The notes: a model not told the origin generated them from the letters alone. Positions 6,907 through 15,462 are shown, counted from the first letter of the stretch. The stretch is DNA of 32,000 bases from Aciduliprofundum boonei T469 (GCF_000025665.1 NC_013926.1:600001-632000); one strand, 5' to 3'. Made by a program: numbers and translations.

Positions 6907-8087
6907 ATCCGCAGGGTATAATTCAACTTCACGATGAGTATAGAAAAAGAGTGCTCAATATGCAAGCTTCAGAGAATTTTTTATCTTATAGGGTTCGCAA
7001 AGCTCTAGCATCGGACATGGCCTCGCGGTACAGCATGCTCTTTGATAAAGAGGTGCATGGCTCCTTCGTGCATAATGCCTATGGGGGCACGAAATATCAG
7101 GAGGAGATAAAAGAATACGCCGAGAATAAGGCAAGGGAGATTTTTGGATTTAAATTTGCCAATGTAAAACCCATATCCGGGCATATTGCCGCTATGACTG
7201 TTCTTCTCTCTCTCACAAATAAGGGAGATAAAATAATGGCCATACCTCCGGAACTGGGGGGCTATGATGGGTACTCTCAGCCATATATGCCCGATATGTT
7301 TGACCTTAATTTTGTCCCTCTTGATATGGAGGATATGCGTAGAATAGATGTGGAGAAGATAAGAAGAGAGAAGCCAAAATTGATAATTCTTGGGGCCAGT
7401 TACATTCTATTCCCTTACAACCTCACTGAAGTTTTGGAAGTAGCGGAAGAGATCGGGGCAAGGGTGGTTTATGATGCCTCCCATATTATGGGCCTCTTGC
7501 CCGCTGGATTTCAAGAGGATATTGAGAAATGCGATGCCGTTTACGGCTCTACTCACAAATCCTTCCCTGGACCTCAGGGAGGGATAATATTCACGAATGA
7601 TGAAAGTGTGGACGAGAAAATTGAGGAGAACTTAACTTGGCGCACTCAAGATAATTACCATACAAACAGGGTTGCTGCATTGGCCATGGCTCTCTACGAA
7701 TTCTCTCCAGTGGCCAAGATTTATGGAAAAAATGTGGCCGAAAATTCTAGAGCGCTGGCCAGAGCACTTGAAGAAGGAGGACTTGGAATCAAGCACTCGC
7801 CTGAGTATACAAATTCGCATCAGGTTTTAGTGGATGAAAATTCATTGAAGGATGAATTCTCTTTAACTCCTCCCCAGATGAGCGAAGTGCTTGAAGAGAA
7901 CGGTATTATAGTTGACTCTGTGGGAAGAATAGGCACTGCCGAACTAACTTGGAAAGGATATGGGCCTGAGGATATGAGAGAGATTGCAGGGATTATAATA
8001 GCAGCACTGGAAGGAGAGGATGTTAAGGAGGAAGTATTGCGCATGGTTGATAAATGGGATGGTAAAACGATGGGAAGTAGAATATAA
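6903..8087 (+). CDS. glyA: Serine hydroxymethyltransferase
   Basis: 394 aa. PLP-lysine motif GSTHKSFPGPQGG. ATGA start/stop overlap with thrC. Confidence 0.95.
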   Translation: MNPQGIIQLHDEYRKRVLNMQASENFLSYRVRKALASDMASRYSMLFDKEVHGSFVHNAYGGTKYQEEIKEYAENKAREIFGFKFANVKPISGHIAAMTVLLSLTNKGDKIMAIPPELGGYDGYSQPYMPDMFDLNFVPLDMEDMRRIDVEKIRREKPKLIILGASYILFPYNLTEVLEVAEEIGARVVYDASHIMGLLPAGFQEDIEKCDAVYGSTHKSFPGPQGGIIFTNDESVDEKIEENLTWRTQDNYHTNRVAALAMALYEFSPVAKIYGKNVAENSRALARALEEGGLGIKHSPEYTNSHQVLVDENSLKDEFSLTPPQMSEVLEENGIIVDSVGRIGTAELTWKGYGPEDMREIAGIIIAALEGEDVKEEVLRMVDKWDGKTMGSRI

Positions 8088-8088
8088 T

Positions 8089-8102
8089 CCACAAATTTGT
8101 GG
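8089..8102. promoter_or_regulatory. Perfect 14-bp palindrome CCACAAATTTGTGG between the glyA stop and the fhs TATA box
   Basis: Read directly from the sequence. TATA-like TTTAAATATA follows at about 8110-8119, and a further CCAC at 8121-8124. Confidence 0.3.
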
Positions 8103-8139
8103 CATATTGTTTAAATATAACCACTAAATATATTCCAGT

Positions 8140-9750
8140 ATGCTACCTATTGAAGAAATTGCCCAAAAAATAGGAATTGAAAATCTCATTCATTATGGAA
8201 ACTATAAGGCAAAGATTCCCCTTGAAGAGATATGGAAAAAGGAGCGCAGGGGAAAGGTTATTCTTGTCACTGCTATAAATCCCACACCCTTTGGGGAGGG
8301 AAAGACCACAACCGCCATAGGCACAAGCATGGCATTTTGGCATCTTGGGAAAAAGAGCATAGTTACACTTCGTGAGCCCTCTCTTGGCCCTGTTTTTGGA
8401 ATAAAGGGTGGGGGTACAGGAGGAGGAAAAAGCACTGTAGAGCCGAGCAGTGATATAAATCTTCACTTCACAGGGGATTTTCATGCGATTCAGGTAGCCC
8501 ATAATTTGCTTGCTTCAGTCATAAACAATGCTATTTACCATAATTTAGAGCCATGTCTGGATAGAAAGAAGATAAGATGGGGGCATGTCCTTGATTTGAA
8601 CGCTAGAGAGTTGAGGAAGATAGTAATAGGTCTTGGAGACAACGGTGGTGCCATAGCGGAAGATTATTTTGAGATTACATCTGCAAGTGAGATATCTGCG
8701 ATAATTGCCATAGCCAAGGATTATGAAGATTTGAAGGAGAGATTATCCAACATATTGGTTGGATTTAGGACCGATAAGACAGCCGTTTTTGCAAGGGATT
8801 TTAAGGTTGTTGGAGCCATGGCGGCAGTGTTGAGAGATGCTCTCCTCCCCAATTTAGTTCAAACTTCAGAGGGCACACCTGCAGTTATCCATGCAGGACC
8901 ATTTGCGAATATCGCCCATGGGCACAATTCTATCCTCGCGGATGAGATAGGAATGCGTTACTCTGATTATTTAGTCACAGAGGCAGGATTTGGCTCAGAT
9001 TTGGGAGCCGAGAAGTTTGTGAATATAGTATCTCGCCTGGGCAATTTTGATATCAGCGGTGCAGTACTCGTTGCCACAGTAAGGGCTTTGAAATATCATG
9101 GTGGGGTAAAGAAAAAGCATCTTGCAGAGGAGAATGTGGAAGCACTGGAGAAGGGTGCAGAGAATTTGCAAAGGCATATTGAAATTGTTCGCAAGTTAGG
9201 ATTTGAGCCCGTGGTTGCCATAAATCACTTCCCTGATGATACTGAAAGGGAACTAAGCAAGTTGCAAGAGCTCGTGGAGGATATGAATGTGAAGTTTGCA
9301 GTTAGCGAGGTGTTTGCCAAGGGCGGAGAAGGAGGAGTTGAGCTCGCTAAATACTTGCAAGATATTGAGCCAAGAAAGCCGAGATTTGTGTATAAGATTG
9401 ATGAGCCAGTTAGGGAGAAAGTGGAAGCCATAGCTACAGAGATTTATGGGGCTGATGGAGTTGACTGGGACCATAAAGCGAAGAAGGATTTAAAACTCAT
9501 AAGTAATTTGGGCTTTGACGACTTCTTCGTATGCATGGCTAAAACCCAGTATTCCTTGAGTGACAATCCAAAGCTTCTTGGAGCACCTGAGAATTTTGTG
9601 GTCACGGTTAGAAGCCTTAAGATATCCTCTGGAGCAAAGTTCGTTGTCCCTCTCCTTGGAGACATCTCCACTATGCCCGGATTGCCAAGCAAGCCCGCTG
9701 CCGAGAGCATAGATTTGACAAAGGATGGCCAAATAGTTGGCCTCCGATAA
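8140..9750 (+). CDS. fhs: Formate-tetrahydrofolate ligase
   Basis: 536 aa. FTHFS P-loop TPFGEGKTTT; end-to-end family-typical sequence (AVIHAGPFANIAHG). Confidence 0.95.
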   Translation: MLPIEEIAQKIGIENLIHYGNYKAKIPLEEIWKKERRGKVILVTAINPTPFGEGKTTTAIGTSMAFWHLGKKSIVTLREPSLGPVFGIKGGGTGGGKSTVEPSSDINLHFTGDFHAIQVAHNLLASVINNAIYHNLEPCLDRKKIRWGHVLDLNARELRKIVIGLGDNGGAIAEDYFEITSASEISAIIAIAKDYEDLKERLSNILVGFRTDKTAVFARDFKVVGAMAAVLRDALLPNLVQTSEGTPAVIHAGPFANIAHGHNSILADEIGMRYSDYLVTEAGFGSDLGAEKFVNIVSRLGNFDISGAVLVATVRALKYHGGVKKKHLAEENVEALEKGAENLQRHIEIVRKLGFEPVVAINHFPDDTERELSKLQELVEDMNVKFAVSEVFAKGGEGGVELAKYLQDIEPRKPRFVYKIDEPVREKVEAIATEIYGADGVDWDHKAKKDLKLISNLGFDDFFVCMAKTQYSLSDNPKLLGAPENFVVTVRSLKISSGAKFVVPLLGDISTMPGLPSKPAAESIDLTKDGQIVGLR

Positions 9751-9762
9751 TCTCTTTTTTCT
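9751..9762 (+). terminator. Oligo-T tract immediately after the fhs stop
   Basis: TCTCTTTTTTCT directly after TAA at 9748-9750. Confidence 0.45.
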
Positions 9763-9792
9763 GCGAAAATATTATTACTTTCTACGCAATAC

Positions 9793-10806
9793 ATGCAAGA
9801 GATGTATCGTTTTGGTCTTGCTGGAATACCTCTTTCGTGCAAGGGACGCACACTTAAAGATGCGATAGAGGATACGCATAGGATGGGCCTCCACGCTATG
9901 GAAATTCAATTTCTCAGGGTCAATGTGCAGGAGAGAAGCGTGTATGATGAAGTGGGTTTAAAGCCAAGGGAAATAGAAACTTCGTTGATAGTTGATGTTT
10001 TGCGCCCCGATGATGAGGGCAACTATCAGCCTGTGGGAATAGATGTTGCTCTGGAGGAGGATGATATAGTTCTCGAACTTTTTTGGAACCTTGCCAATAG
10101 TTATGTTGAATTGAGAAAGCTTGGTGATTTGGCTAAGGAATTGGATGTGCAGCTTAGTTTGCACACCCCATACTATATGGACCTTATTTCCAATGGGGAG
10201 CTTACTGAGAAATCAATGGAGTACATAATTTGGGGAGGGCTGTTGGCTAATGAGATGGGGGGCAAGTATGTGGTAAATCATATTGGGCTATACGGGGATT
10301 TGAGCAAAGCAGCGGCCATGAAAAATGTGGTAGAAAATGTTAAGAAGCTGAAAAATGAGTATAAGAGATTGAAACTCAAACCAAAGTTGGGATTTGAAGT
10401 ATCAGGTAAGCAGGTTGTTTTTGGCAGTTTGGACGAGATTTTGAATTTGTGCAAGAAAGTTAAGGGAATATTACCCATTGTGAATTTTGCCCATATCCAC
10501 GCAAGAACAAACGGCTCCCTTAAAGATGCCAAGAAGTTTGAAGAAATATTTGAAAAAATATCTCCGTTCTGGAAAGATGAATATTATGTACACTTTGCAG
10601 GAGTTTTCTATGAGAATGGAAATGAAACAATGATAGCACCAATAAAGAAAGGAGATCTAAAATTTGAGACTCTTGCGAATGTTATTTTGAAGAATGAATA
10701 CAATATCACTCTGATTTCCTCCTCGCCCCTTTTAGAGCATGATGCGGCGTATATGCGTGTTATAATGGAAAGGGTTCTCGCAAGGAAACTTGCCAAGAAG
10801 AAGTGA
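9793..10806 (+). CDS. AP endonuclease family 2 / xylose isomerase-like TIM-barrel protein (endonuclease IV-like)
   Basis: 337 aa. Nfo-like metal-ligand blocks SLHTPYYMDL, VVNHIG, GFEVSG, VNFAHIHA, YVHFAG. Contains an acidic insertion of about 60 aa after the first strand. Confidence 0.65.
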   Translation: MQEMYRFGLAGIPLSCKGRTLKDAIEDTHRMGLHAMEIQFLRVNVQERSVYDEVGLKPREIETSLIVDVLRPDDEGNYQPVGIDVALEEDDIVLELFWNLANSYVELRKLGDLAKELDVQLSLHTPYYMDLISNGELTEKSMEYIIWGGLLANEMGGKYVVNHIGLYGDLSKAAAMKNVVENVKKLKNEYKRLKLKPKLGFEVSGKQVVFGSLDEILNLCKKVKGILPIVNFAHIHARTNGSLKDAKKFEEIFEKISPFWKDEYYVHFAGVFYENGNETMIAPIKKGDLKFETLANVILKNEYNITLISSSPLLEHDAAYMRVIMERVLARKLAKKK

Positions 10807-10811
10807 TTACC

Positions 10812-11348
10812 ATGTTCAAGGATTCTTATGAGTACATCCTTGAGAGCATAGAAAAATCATTGAACTCCATAGATGTTTCCTTGGTAAATCATGGAGTAGA
10901 TATGATAACTGAAGCAAAGCAAATATTTGTTTATGGCTCGGGCAGAAGTGGATTAGTTGGAAAATTTTTTGCGATGCGTCTTGTTCAACTCGGACTTGTT
11001 GCGTATTTTATAGGGGAAACCATAACCCCTGTGGTGAATAAGGGAGATTTGGTAGTTTTGATATCCAATACGGGAAGAACTCAATCCACACTCCTTGTGG
11101 AGAGCATAGTTAAAAGGGTTGGTGCCAAGGTTATAGCAATTACCTCCTCTGCAAAATCTCCACTTGCAAAGCATGCAGATTTAACATTTGTCATTAGGTA
11201 TGAGAAAGAGAAAGGTGAGCTCGCTCCCCTTGGAACCCTATTTGAAGATGCAGCAGTGGTTTTTTTGGACTCTATCATTTCATCCTTAATGAATAAACTC
11301 GGGCAGACAGAGGAAGATATGAGGAGGCGTCATGCCATATGGGTTTAG
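10812..11348 (+). CDS. hxlB: 6-phospho-3-hexuloisomerase (SIS domain)
   Basis: SIS motifs VYGSGRSGLVGKFFAMRL and LISNTGRT; about 178 aa. Track start 10803 is GTG; ATG 10812 follows GAAGTGAT. Confidence 0.8.
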   Translation: MFKDSYEYILESIEKSLNSIDVSLVNHGVDMITEAKQIFVYGSGRSGLVGKFFAMRLVQLGLVAYFIGETITPVVNKGDLVVLISNTGRTQSTLLVESIVKRVGAKVIAITSSAKSPLAKHADLTFVIRYEKEKGELAPLGTLFEDAAVVFLDSIISSLMNKLGQTEEDMRRRHAIWV

Positions 11349-11719
11349 AGATAACTATTGAAACGGAGATAAATCCAACAGAGGATGTTGAGAAGATAAA
11401 AAATGCCATTTTGAGTATTTTCCCCGATGCCAGATTTGAACTCCTTGCTGGAGAAATAATAGCAAGGTCAAGTAGCCTGGAGAATTTTGGTAAGATACTA
11501 AAGGAGGAGAGAATAAGAGATGCGGCCAGAAGCGTGTTACTCGGTAATTTGTACGATGATGAGATAGTGTTTTCCATAAACAAACAGGTAGCCACCGTGG
11601 GCAAGATTAGTTTTTCTGTTGGTAATGCCCCACTAGGTGATATAAAAATTACAATCAAAGGAGAGAATTTAAAAGAATTGATAGACATCATCGCACCAGA
11701 TACTAGAAAGCTTAGATGA
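11339..11719 (+). CDS. UPF0201-family predicted RNA-binding protein (COG1931-like)
   Basis: 126 aa. The N-terminal block EITIETEINPTEDVEKIKNAILSIFP matches my memory of this archaeal family. 10-nt overlap with hxlB. Confidence 0.6.
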   Translation: MGLEITIETEINPTEDVEKIKNAILSIFPDARFELLAGEIIARSSSLENFGKILKEERIRDAARSVLLGNLYDDEIVFSINKQVATVGKISFSVGNAPLGDIKITIKGENLKELIDIIAPDTRKLR

Positions 11720-12812
11720 TCTCCTCCTTATTCCCTTCCTCAGTTTCGCTGCTTTCAATTTTTATTACAGATCCGCATTTAAGGCATCTCACTGTATCCT
11801 TATCAACATACTGGAATAAGGTCCCTCCACAATTTGGGCATACTAAGTTTGTCCAAGATGTGGGCTGATATTTTCTCTTTTCTATTTTTGTTTCTTTTTT
11901 CTTATTTCTGCTCAGATAATTTATCACTCTGATTGAATAGGATATGAAAAATACCGCTCCTGCAATGGCCAAGATTATCATTAGCAAGCCGAAGAGGAAT
12001 TGATACTCTCTATGCATTGCCATAGGTACGCTTATGAAATCTGTTAGAAAATGTAGCATTATGGATGCATAGATGCCATATCTGATGTATAAGTATCCAA
12101 GTACCAATCCTCCTACAAAGGTGGGTATGACCTTCCACAGATTCCAGGCTGGCACATGTGCAGCTGCAAATATTCCTGCTGAAATTACGATAAATACTGC
12201 CTCCACAGAGGTGATTTTACCATATCCTCCAAATATTCTAATGGGGGATATTTTCTCTCCTTTTAAAAGATAAACGAGGAACACGGGAATTCCCAGAAAT
12301 ACTGTTCTCACGATGAGTTCCTCATACACAGAAGCGTGCAAAAAGCTAAGCATTTGAGCCCAAACAGGCATTTTTTCTAGGCCTGGGGGAGTATAAGGTA
12401 CATAGCCAAGTATGTACATAAGATACACCACAAGCAGGCTGAAGAATATATTCAGAGAGTATAACTCGCTTAACTCTTGAAATGGATTTTTTCTGTATGC
12501 AAATGGATGGCTAAAGAAATCTTTGAAATAAGGTATAATGCCATAAAAAACCATAAATATGCCTGAGATTGAGACGGCGATGGCTAAGAATATATACCAT
12601 CCATAAGCAGCTAACCCACCAAGGAATGTTACAAGAATGGGAAATGGAATTACTATGTATATTGGTATTAGAAAATTCGAATCGTAGATAAAAGGAGCGA
12701 CATAGAATATGCTATAAGCCATATACCCAAATATTATGAAGAGGATTATTATGATTAAAATTGTGGTTATGAAAGATATTAACTCTTTTATGGAATGAAG
12801 CACTGAGGCCAT
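11712..12812 (-). CDS. CPBP-family intramembrane glutamic endopeptidase (CAAX/Abi-like) with C-terminal zinc ribbon
   Basis: Polytopic membrane protein with the three CPBP motifs YEELIVRTVFLG, IFAAAHV and MLHFLTDF. C-terminal CPNCGG...CLKCGS. Confidence 0.8.
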   Translation of the reverse strand: MASVLHSIKELISFITTILIIIILFIIFGYMAYSIFYVAPFIYDSNFLIPIYIVIPFPILVTFLGGLAAYGWYIFLAIAVSISGIFMVFYGIIPYFKDFFSHPFAYRKNPFQELSELYSLNIFFSLLVVYLMYILGYVPYTPPGLEKMPVWAQMLSFLHASVYEELIVRTVFLGIPVFLVYLLKGEKISPIRIFGGYGKITSVEAVFIVISAGIFAAAHVPAWNLWKVIPTFVGGLVLGYLYIRYGIYASIMLHFLTDFISVPMAMHREYQFLFGLLMIILAIAGAVFFISYSIRVINYLSRNKKKETKIEKRKYQPTSWTNLVCPNCGGTLFQYVDKDTVRCLKCGSVIKIESSETEEGNKEEII

Positions 12813-12886
12813 AGGGAGTGAAAGTTATAAACGCATATAGATTTTGCCATTAATTTTGTTTCTTAATAGATACTCATGAGAAAAGG

Positions 12887-12895
12887 TATTTAAAA
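12887..12895 (+). promoter_or_regulatory. TATA box candidate for the archaellin gene
   Basis: TATTTAAAA in an AT-rich spacer. Predicted TSS is about 12915-12920, giving a ~70-nt leader that contains the SD AGGAGAG. Confidence 0.45.
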
Positions 12896-12916
12896 TCAAA
12901 TCAAATTATCAATAAT

Positions 12917-12936
12917 TGTTCTCAAAAGTGAGAACA
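12917..12936. promoter_or_regulatory. Perfect 8-bp inverted repeat TGTTCTCA-AAAG-TGAGAACA at the predicted archaellin transcription start
   Basis: Read directly from the sequence. Lies between the TATA candidate and the SD, a typical position for an archaeal repressor operator. Confidence 0.4.
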
Positions 12937-12987
12937 TATATCTAAGCTATCACCTGCGGGCACAGGGCTCTCTCAGGAGAGTTGAAG

Positions 12988-13863
12988 ATGAAGAAGATAT
13001 ACAAAAGAGAAAAAGGCGAGATGGGCGTTGGCACGCTAATAATATTCATCGCTATGATCATTGTTGCAGCTGTTGCAGCCACAGTGTTAATTCAAACGGC
13101 TTACAGATTACAGCAGCAGGCGGAGGAAACGGGGAACATAGCAACTCAGGATGTTGCCACAGGGTTCAAAGTGATAACTATACAGGGAATTAGAAATGAT
13201 GTAATGTACAATGAATCTCTAGGAAACATAAGTGTGGGGAGTACCACATTCATAGGAAACTTAACCCATGTGCCAGTCAATCCAAATAGTGTAATAGTGA
13301 CTAATGGAACATTTGAGCTCAAAGATGATGGTACTGGGAATCTTGTGCCTGTAAGCGGTTACAACAATACAGGTGTTACGGGGACCATAAATTACAATAC
13401 GGGAGAAATAACGCTGCACTTCCCTAATGCCACAGTAAAATCCCAAGTGAATGTAACATACGGCTCAGGATACAGCCCAATAATTGATTACCTCGAGATA
13501 AAAGTGGGCTTGATGGCAGGAAGTCCCCCAATATCCCTGTTCAGTGTGCTTGTGGAGATAAGCGATGGATACACTGATGCTACCCTTACTTACAATGAAT
13601 CTGCAACAAGCTTCAAAGACTTAGATGGTTCTCATTTCGGTGTGGCAATTGCTAGGGATATGCCTCCGTGTAATTGGGAAAGAGACAGGGTGATAACTTC
13701 CGGTGACATAATAAAGATATTAATTAATGCATCGGCCATAGGGCTGTATTTGCAGCCACAGAGCTCAGTGATGATAAAGCTCATACCAAAGCATGGTGTG
13801 CCCAATCTGGTTGAATTTGAGACACCATCCACATACACAACGAAGTACATAAACCTCTGGTAA
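12988..13863 (+). CDS. arlB: Archaellin (archaeal flagellin)
   Basis: Class III signal peptide and conserved hydrophobic N-terminus: MKKIYKREKG|EMGVGTLIIFIAMIIVAAVAATVLIQTA. Multiple N-x-S/T sequons. ATG 12988 lies 8 nt after AGGAG (track start 12982 is TTG). Confidence 0.9.
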   Translation: MKKIYKREKGEMGVGTLIIFIAMIIVAAVAATVLIQTAYRLQQQAEETGNIATQDVATGFKVITIQGIRNDVMYNESLGNISVGSTTFIGNLTHVPVNPNSVIVTNGTFELKDDGTGNLVPVSGYNNTGVTGTINYNTGEITLHFPNATVKSQVNVTYGSGYSPIIDYLEIKVGLMAGSPPISLFSVLVEISDGYTDATLTYNESATSFKDLDGSHFGVAIARDMPPCNWERDRVITSGDIIKILINASAIGLYLQPQSSVMIKLIPKHGVPNLVEFETPSTYTTKYINLW

Positions 13864-13872
13864 GGGGTGAAA

Positions 13873-14217
13873 ATGATACTGGAAATGGTAGGTGATGACC
13901 CAAAGAAGCATATAATCGCTATGAGATGGTTGGGCTATATGCTTCAGTTTGTGGACCATCAGGGATTAGCCAAGATACTGGACTACTATGAGAGGATAGG
14001 ATGGATCAGCAGTGAAGCCAAGAATGAATTAAAAGAGATAGCAGAAGGCTTAAAACCCACAGGAAAGGGAGAGTGGAAACTGCCATTCAGAGTACATCTG
14101 ACATCATTGCTATTTATTACAAAGATAGCAGATATACCAATTGAAAAGGAGATTGCAGGTATTGAAACCTATGTTGAAGAGTGGATAAATCATCCAGAAG
14201 AAGCTTTATCGATCTAA
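13873..14217 (+). CDS. Stand-alone FlaD/E (ArlD/E) C-terminal-domain-like protein
   Basis: 114 aa directly after the archaellin gene. LGYMLQFVDHQGLAKILDYYERIGWIS...HLTSLLFITKI resembles the conserved FlaD/E domain as I remember it. GGGGTGA SD before ATG 13873. Confidence 0.55.
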   Translation: MILEMVGDDPKKHIIAMRWLGYMLQFVDHQGLAKILDYYERIGWISSEAKNELKEIAEGLKPTGKGEWKLPFRVHLTSLLFITKIADIPIEKEIAGIETYVEEWINHPEEALSI

Positions 14218-15357
14218 TATTTCTATAACATCCAGCCATAATACCTCTAATTTTTTACCAAGTTTTTCTGCCAAACTTGGAGATGTTCTCCCATTGTCTC
14301 CATGCATGAGCTCTTTTATGTATGTGCCGCTCTGTGCCAATACCTCAACAACCCAAGCCTCATTATCTTTTCCGATTAATTTTACCTCATAGACCTCTTT
14401 AATTCTCACTTTATCCGCTCTTCTGTGCTTGACCCTAGTCGGTGTCCTCTGTGAGATTTTACCAATCAGGGAGTCCAATGCACTCTTTAATTCCTCCGCC
14501 GAAGCATCAACTTTTATTCCAACCCTATATCTTTTCTTTGGTTCTGAGGATTTTATTTGAACAATCTCTTTTTTCGATGCAAATCTTAAATCAAGCACTT
14601 CCACCTTTCCACTTAAGTTTATTTTTTTTGCGATTTCATCTAAATTAATTTTTCTCCTTTTAGGCATTTTTATTTCAATTATGAAGGGCCTACCGTTGCC
14701 TAGCATTAGGGCATCTATATCCTCTCTTCCCATTCCATGGAGCGCATGCCCTTCCCCTTTTGTGACTTCCATAATCGGTTTTGCTATAATCTCTTCCACG
14801 CTTTCCTTGTATTTGCCCGAAGGCCATTTTGTTTGAGGAATCCCTCGCACGAGTTTTCTGTACCTTCCGTAAATTAGAAGGGGCTTAATTTCAATCTCAA
14901 AATCGTCATACTCGGTATCCACGATTATTGTTACATCTGGGTCTTTTATGGTAGCTTCTTTTCCCGTTATCTCCATAACTTTCTTTCCCAACTCCCTGTT
15001 AAACTCCCTGTTTATGGGCTCACCTAAATTGCCAAATTCATCTTGCAGTTCTTTCTCCCTTTCCATAGTTTCTTGGGAAAATCTTGAACCGATCATAAAT
15101 GTTTCATATTCAATATCTTTAAGCATATTTGCTATGTGTTTCGCATAATCGTCCAGCCTTGAGAATATGTTATTGCAAAGCTCACAATTTTCAGGATAAA
15201 TGGAACTTAAATTCAAATTGTTTTCCATAGCATAAATAGTTCTTATCGCCTTCCCCCTTTCATCGTTGCTCAAGCCATGGCCTAGCATGGCGTATAATCT
15301 CCCAAGGCAATGGTCACATAGGGGAAGTTTTGCACTTTCAATTTTTATTTTTTCCAT
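14206..15357 (-). CDS. pus10: tRNA pseudouridine synthase Pus10 (psi54/55)
   Basis: N-terminal zinc motifs CDHCLGR and CELCNN. Catalytic block GREDIDALMLGNGRPF. Track start 15375 is TTG; ATG is at 15357 (MEKIKIESAK). Confidence 0.9.
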   Translation of the reverse strand: MEKIKIESAKLPLCDHCLGRLYAMLGHGLSNDERGKAIRTIYAMENNLNLSSIYPENCELCNNIFSRLDDYAKHIANMLKDIEYETFMIGSRFSQETMEREKELQDEFGNLGEPINREFNRELGKKVMEITGKEATIKDPDVTIIVDTEYDDFEIEIKPLLIYGRYRKLVRGIPQTKWPSGKYKESVEEIIAKPIMEVTKGEGHALHGMGREDIDALMLGNGRPFIIEIKMPKRRKINLDEIAKKINLSGKVEVLDLRFASKKEIVQIKSSEPKKRYRVGIKVDASAEELKSALDSLIGKISQRTPTRVKHRRADKVRIKEVYEVKLIGKDNEAWVVEVLAQSGTYIKELMHGDNGRTSPSLAEKLGKKLEVLWLDVIEILDR

Positions 15358-15406
15358 AAAGCACCATAACCGCAAAGAATAAATTAGTTTTTCTCAATAT
15401 CATCAT

Positions 15407-15462
15407 GCCCGGTAAACCGGTGGGCTCGAATAATGAGAGTCCATCGCTCCCGCCGGGCTATA
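15407..15462 (+). ncRNA. Candidate small structured RNA (unclassified; loosely H/ACA-like), or a terminator-type hairpin of the marC operon
   Basis: 34 of 52 nt are G/C in an AT-rich genome. Lower stem GCCCGGT/GCCGGGC, internal loop 8/9 nt, upper stem GGGCTC/GAGTCC, loop GAATAATGA, then T-ATA. Both non-Watson-Crick pairs are G.U on the + strand but C.A on the - strand. TATA-like AATAAATTA lies about 25 nt upstream. Confidence 0.3.

Noticed and set aside
9444-9851. 135-aa minus-strand ORF spanning the fhs 3' end, the terminator T-tract and the next gene's start.
   Set aside because: It overlaps two strongly supported + strand genes and an intergenic terminator, and has no motifs. Other antisense ORFs in the track (11275-11691, 26887-27297, 8143-8502) were rejected for the same reason.
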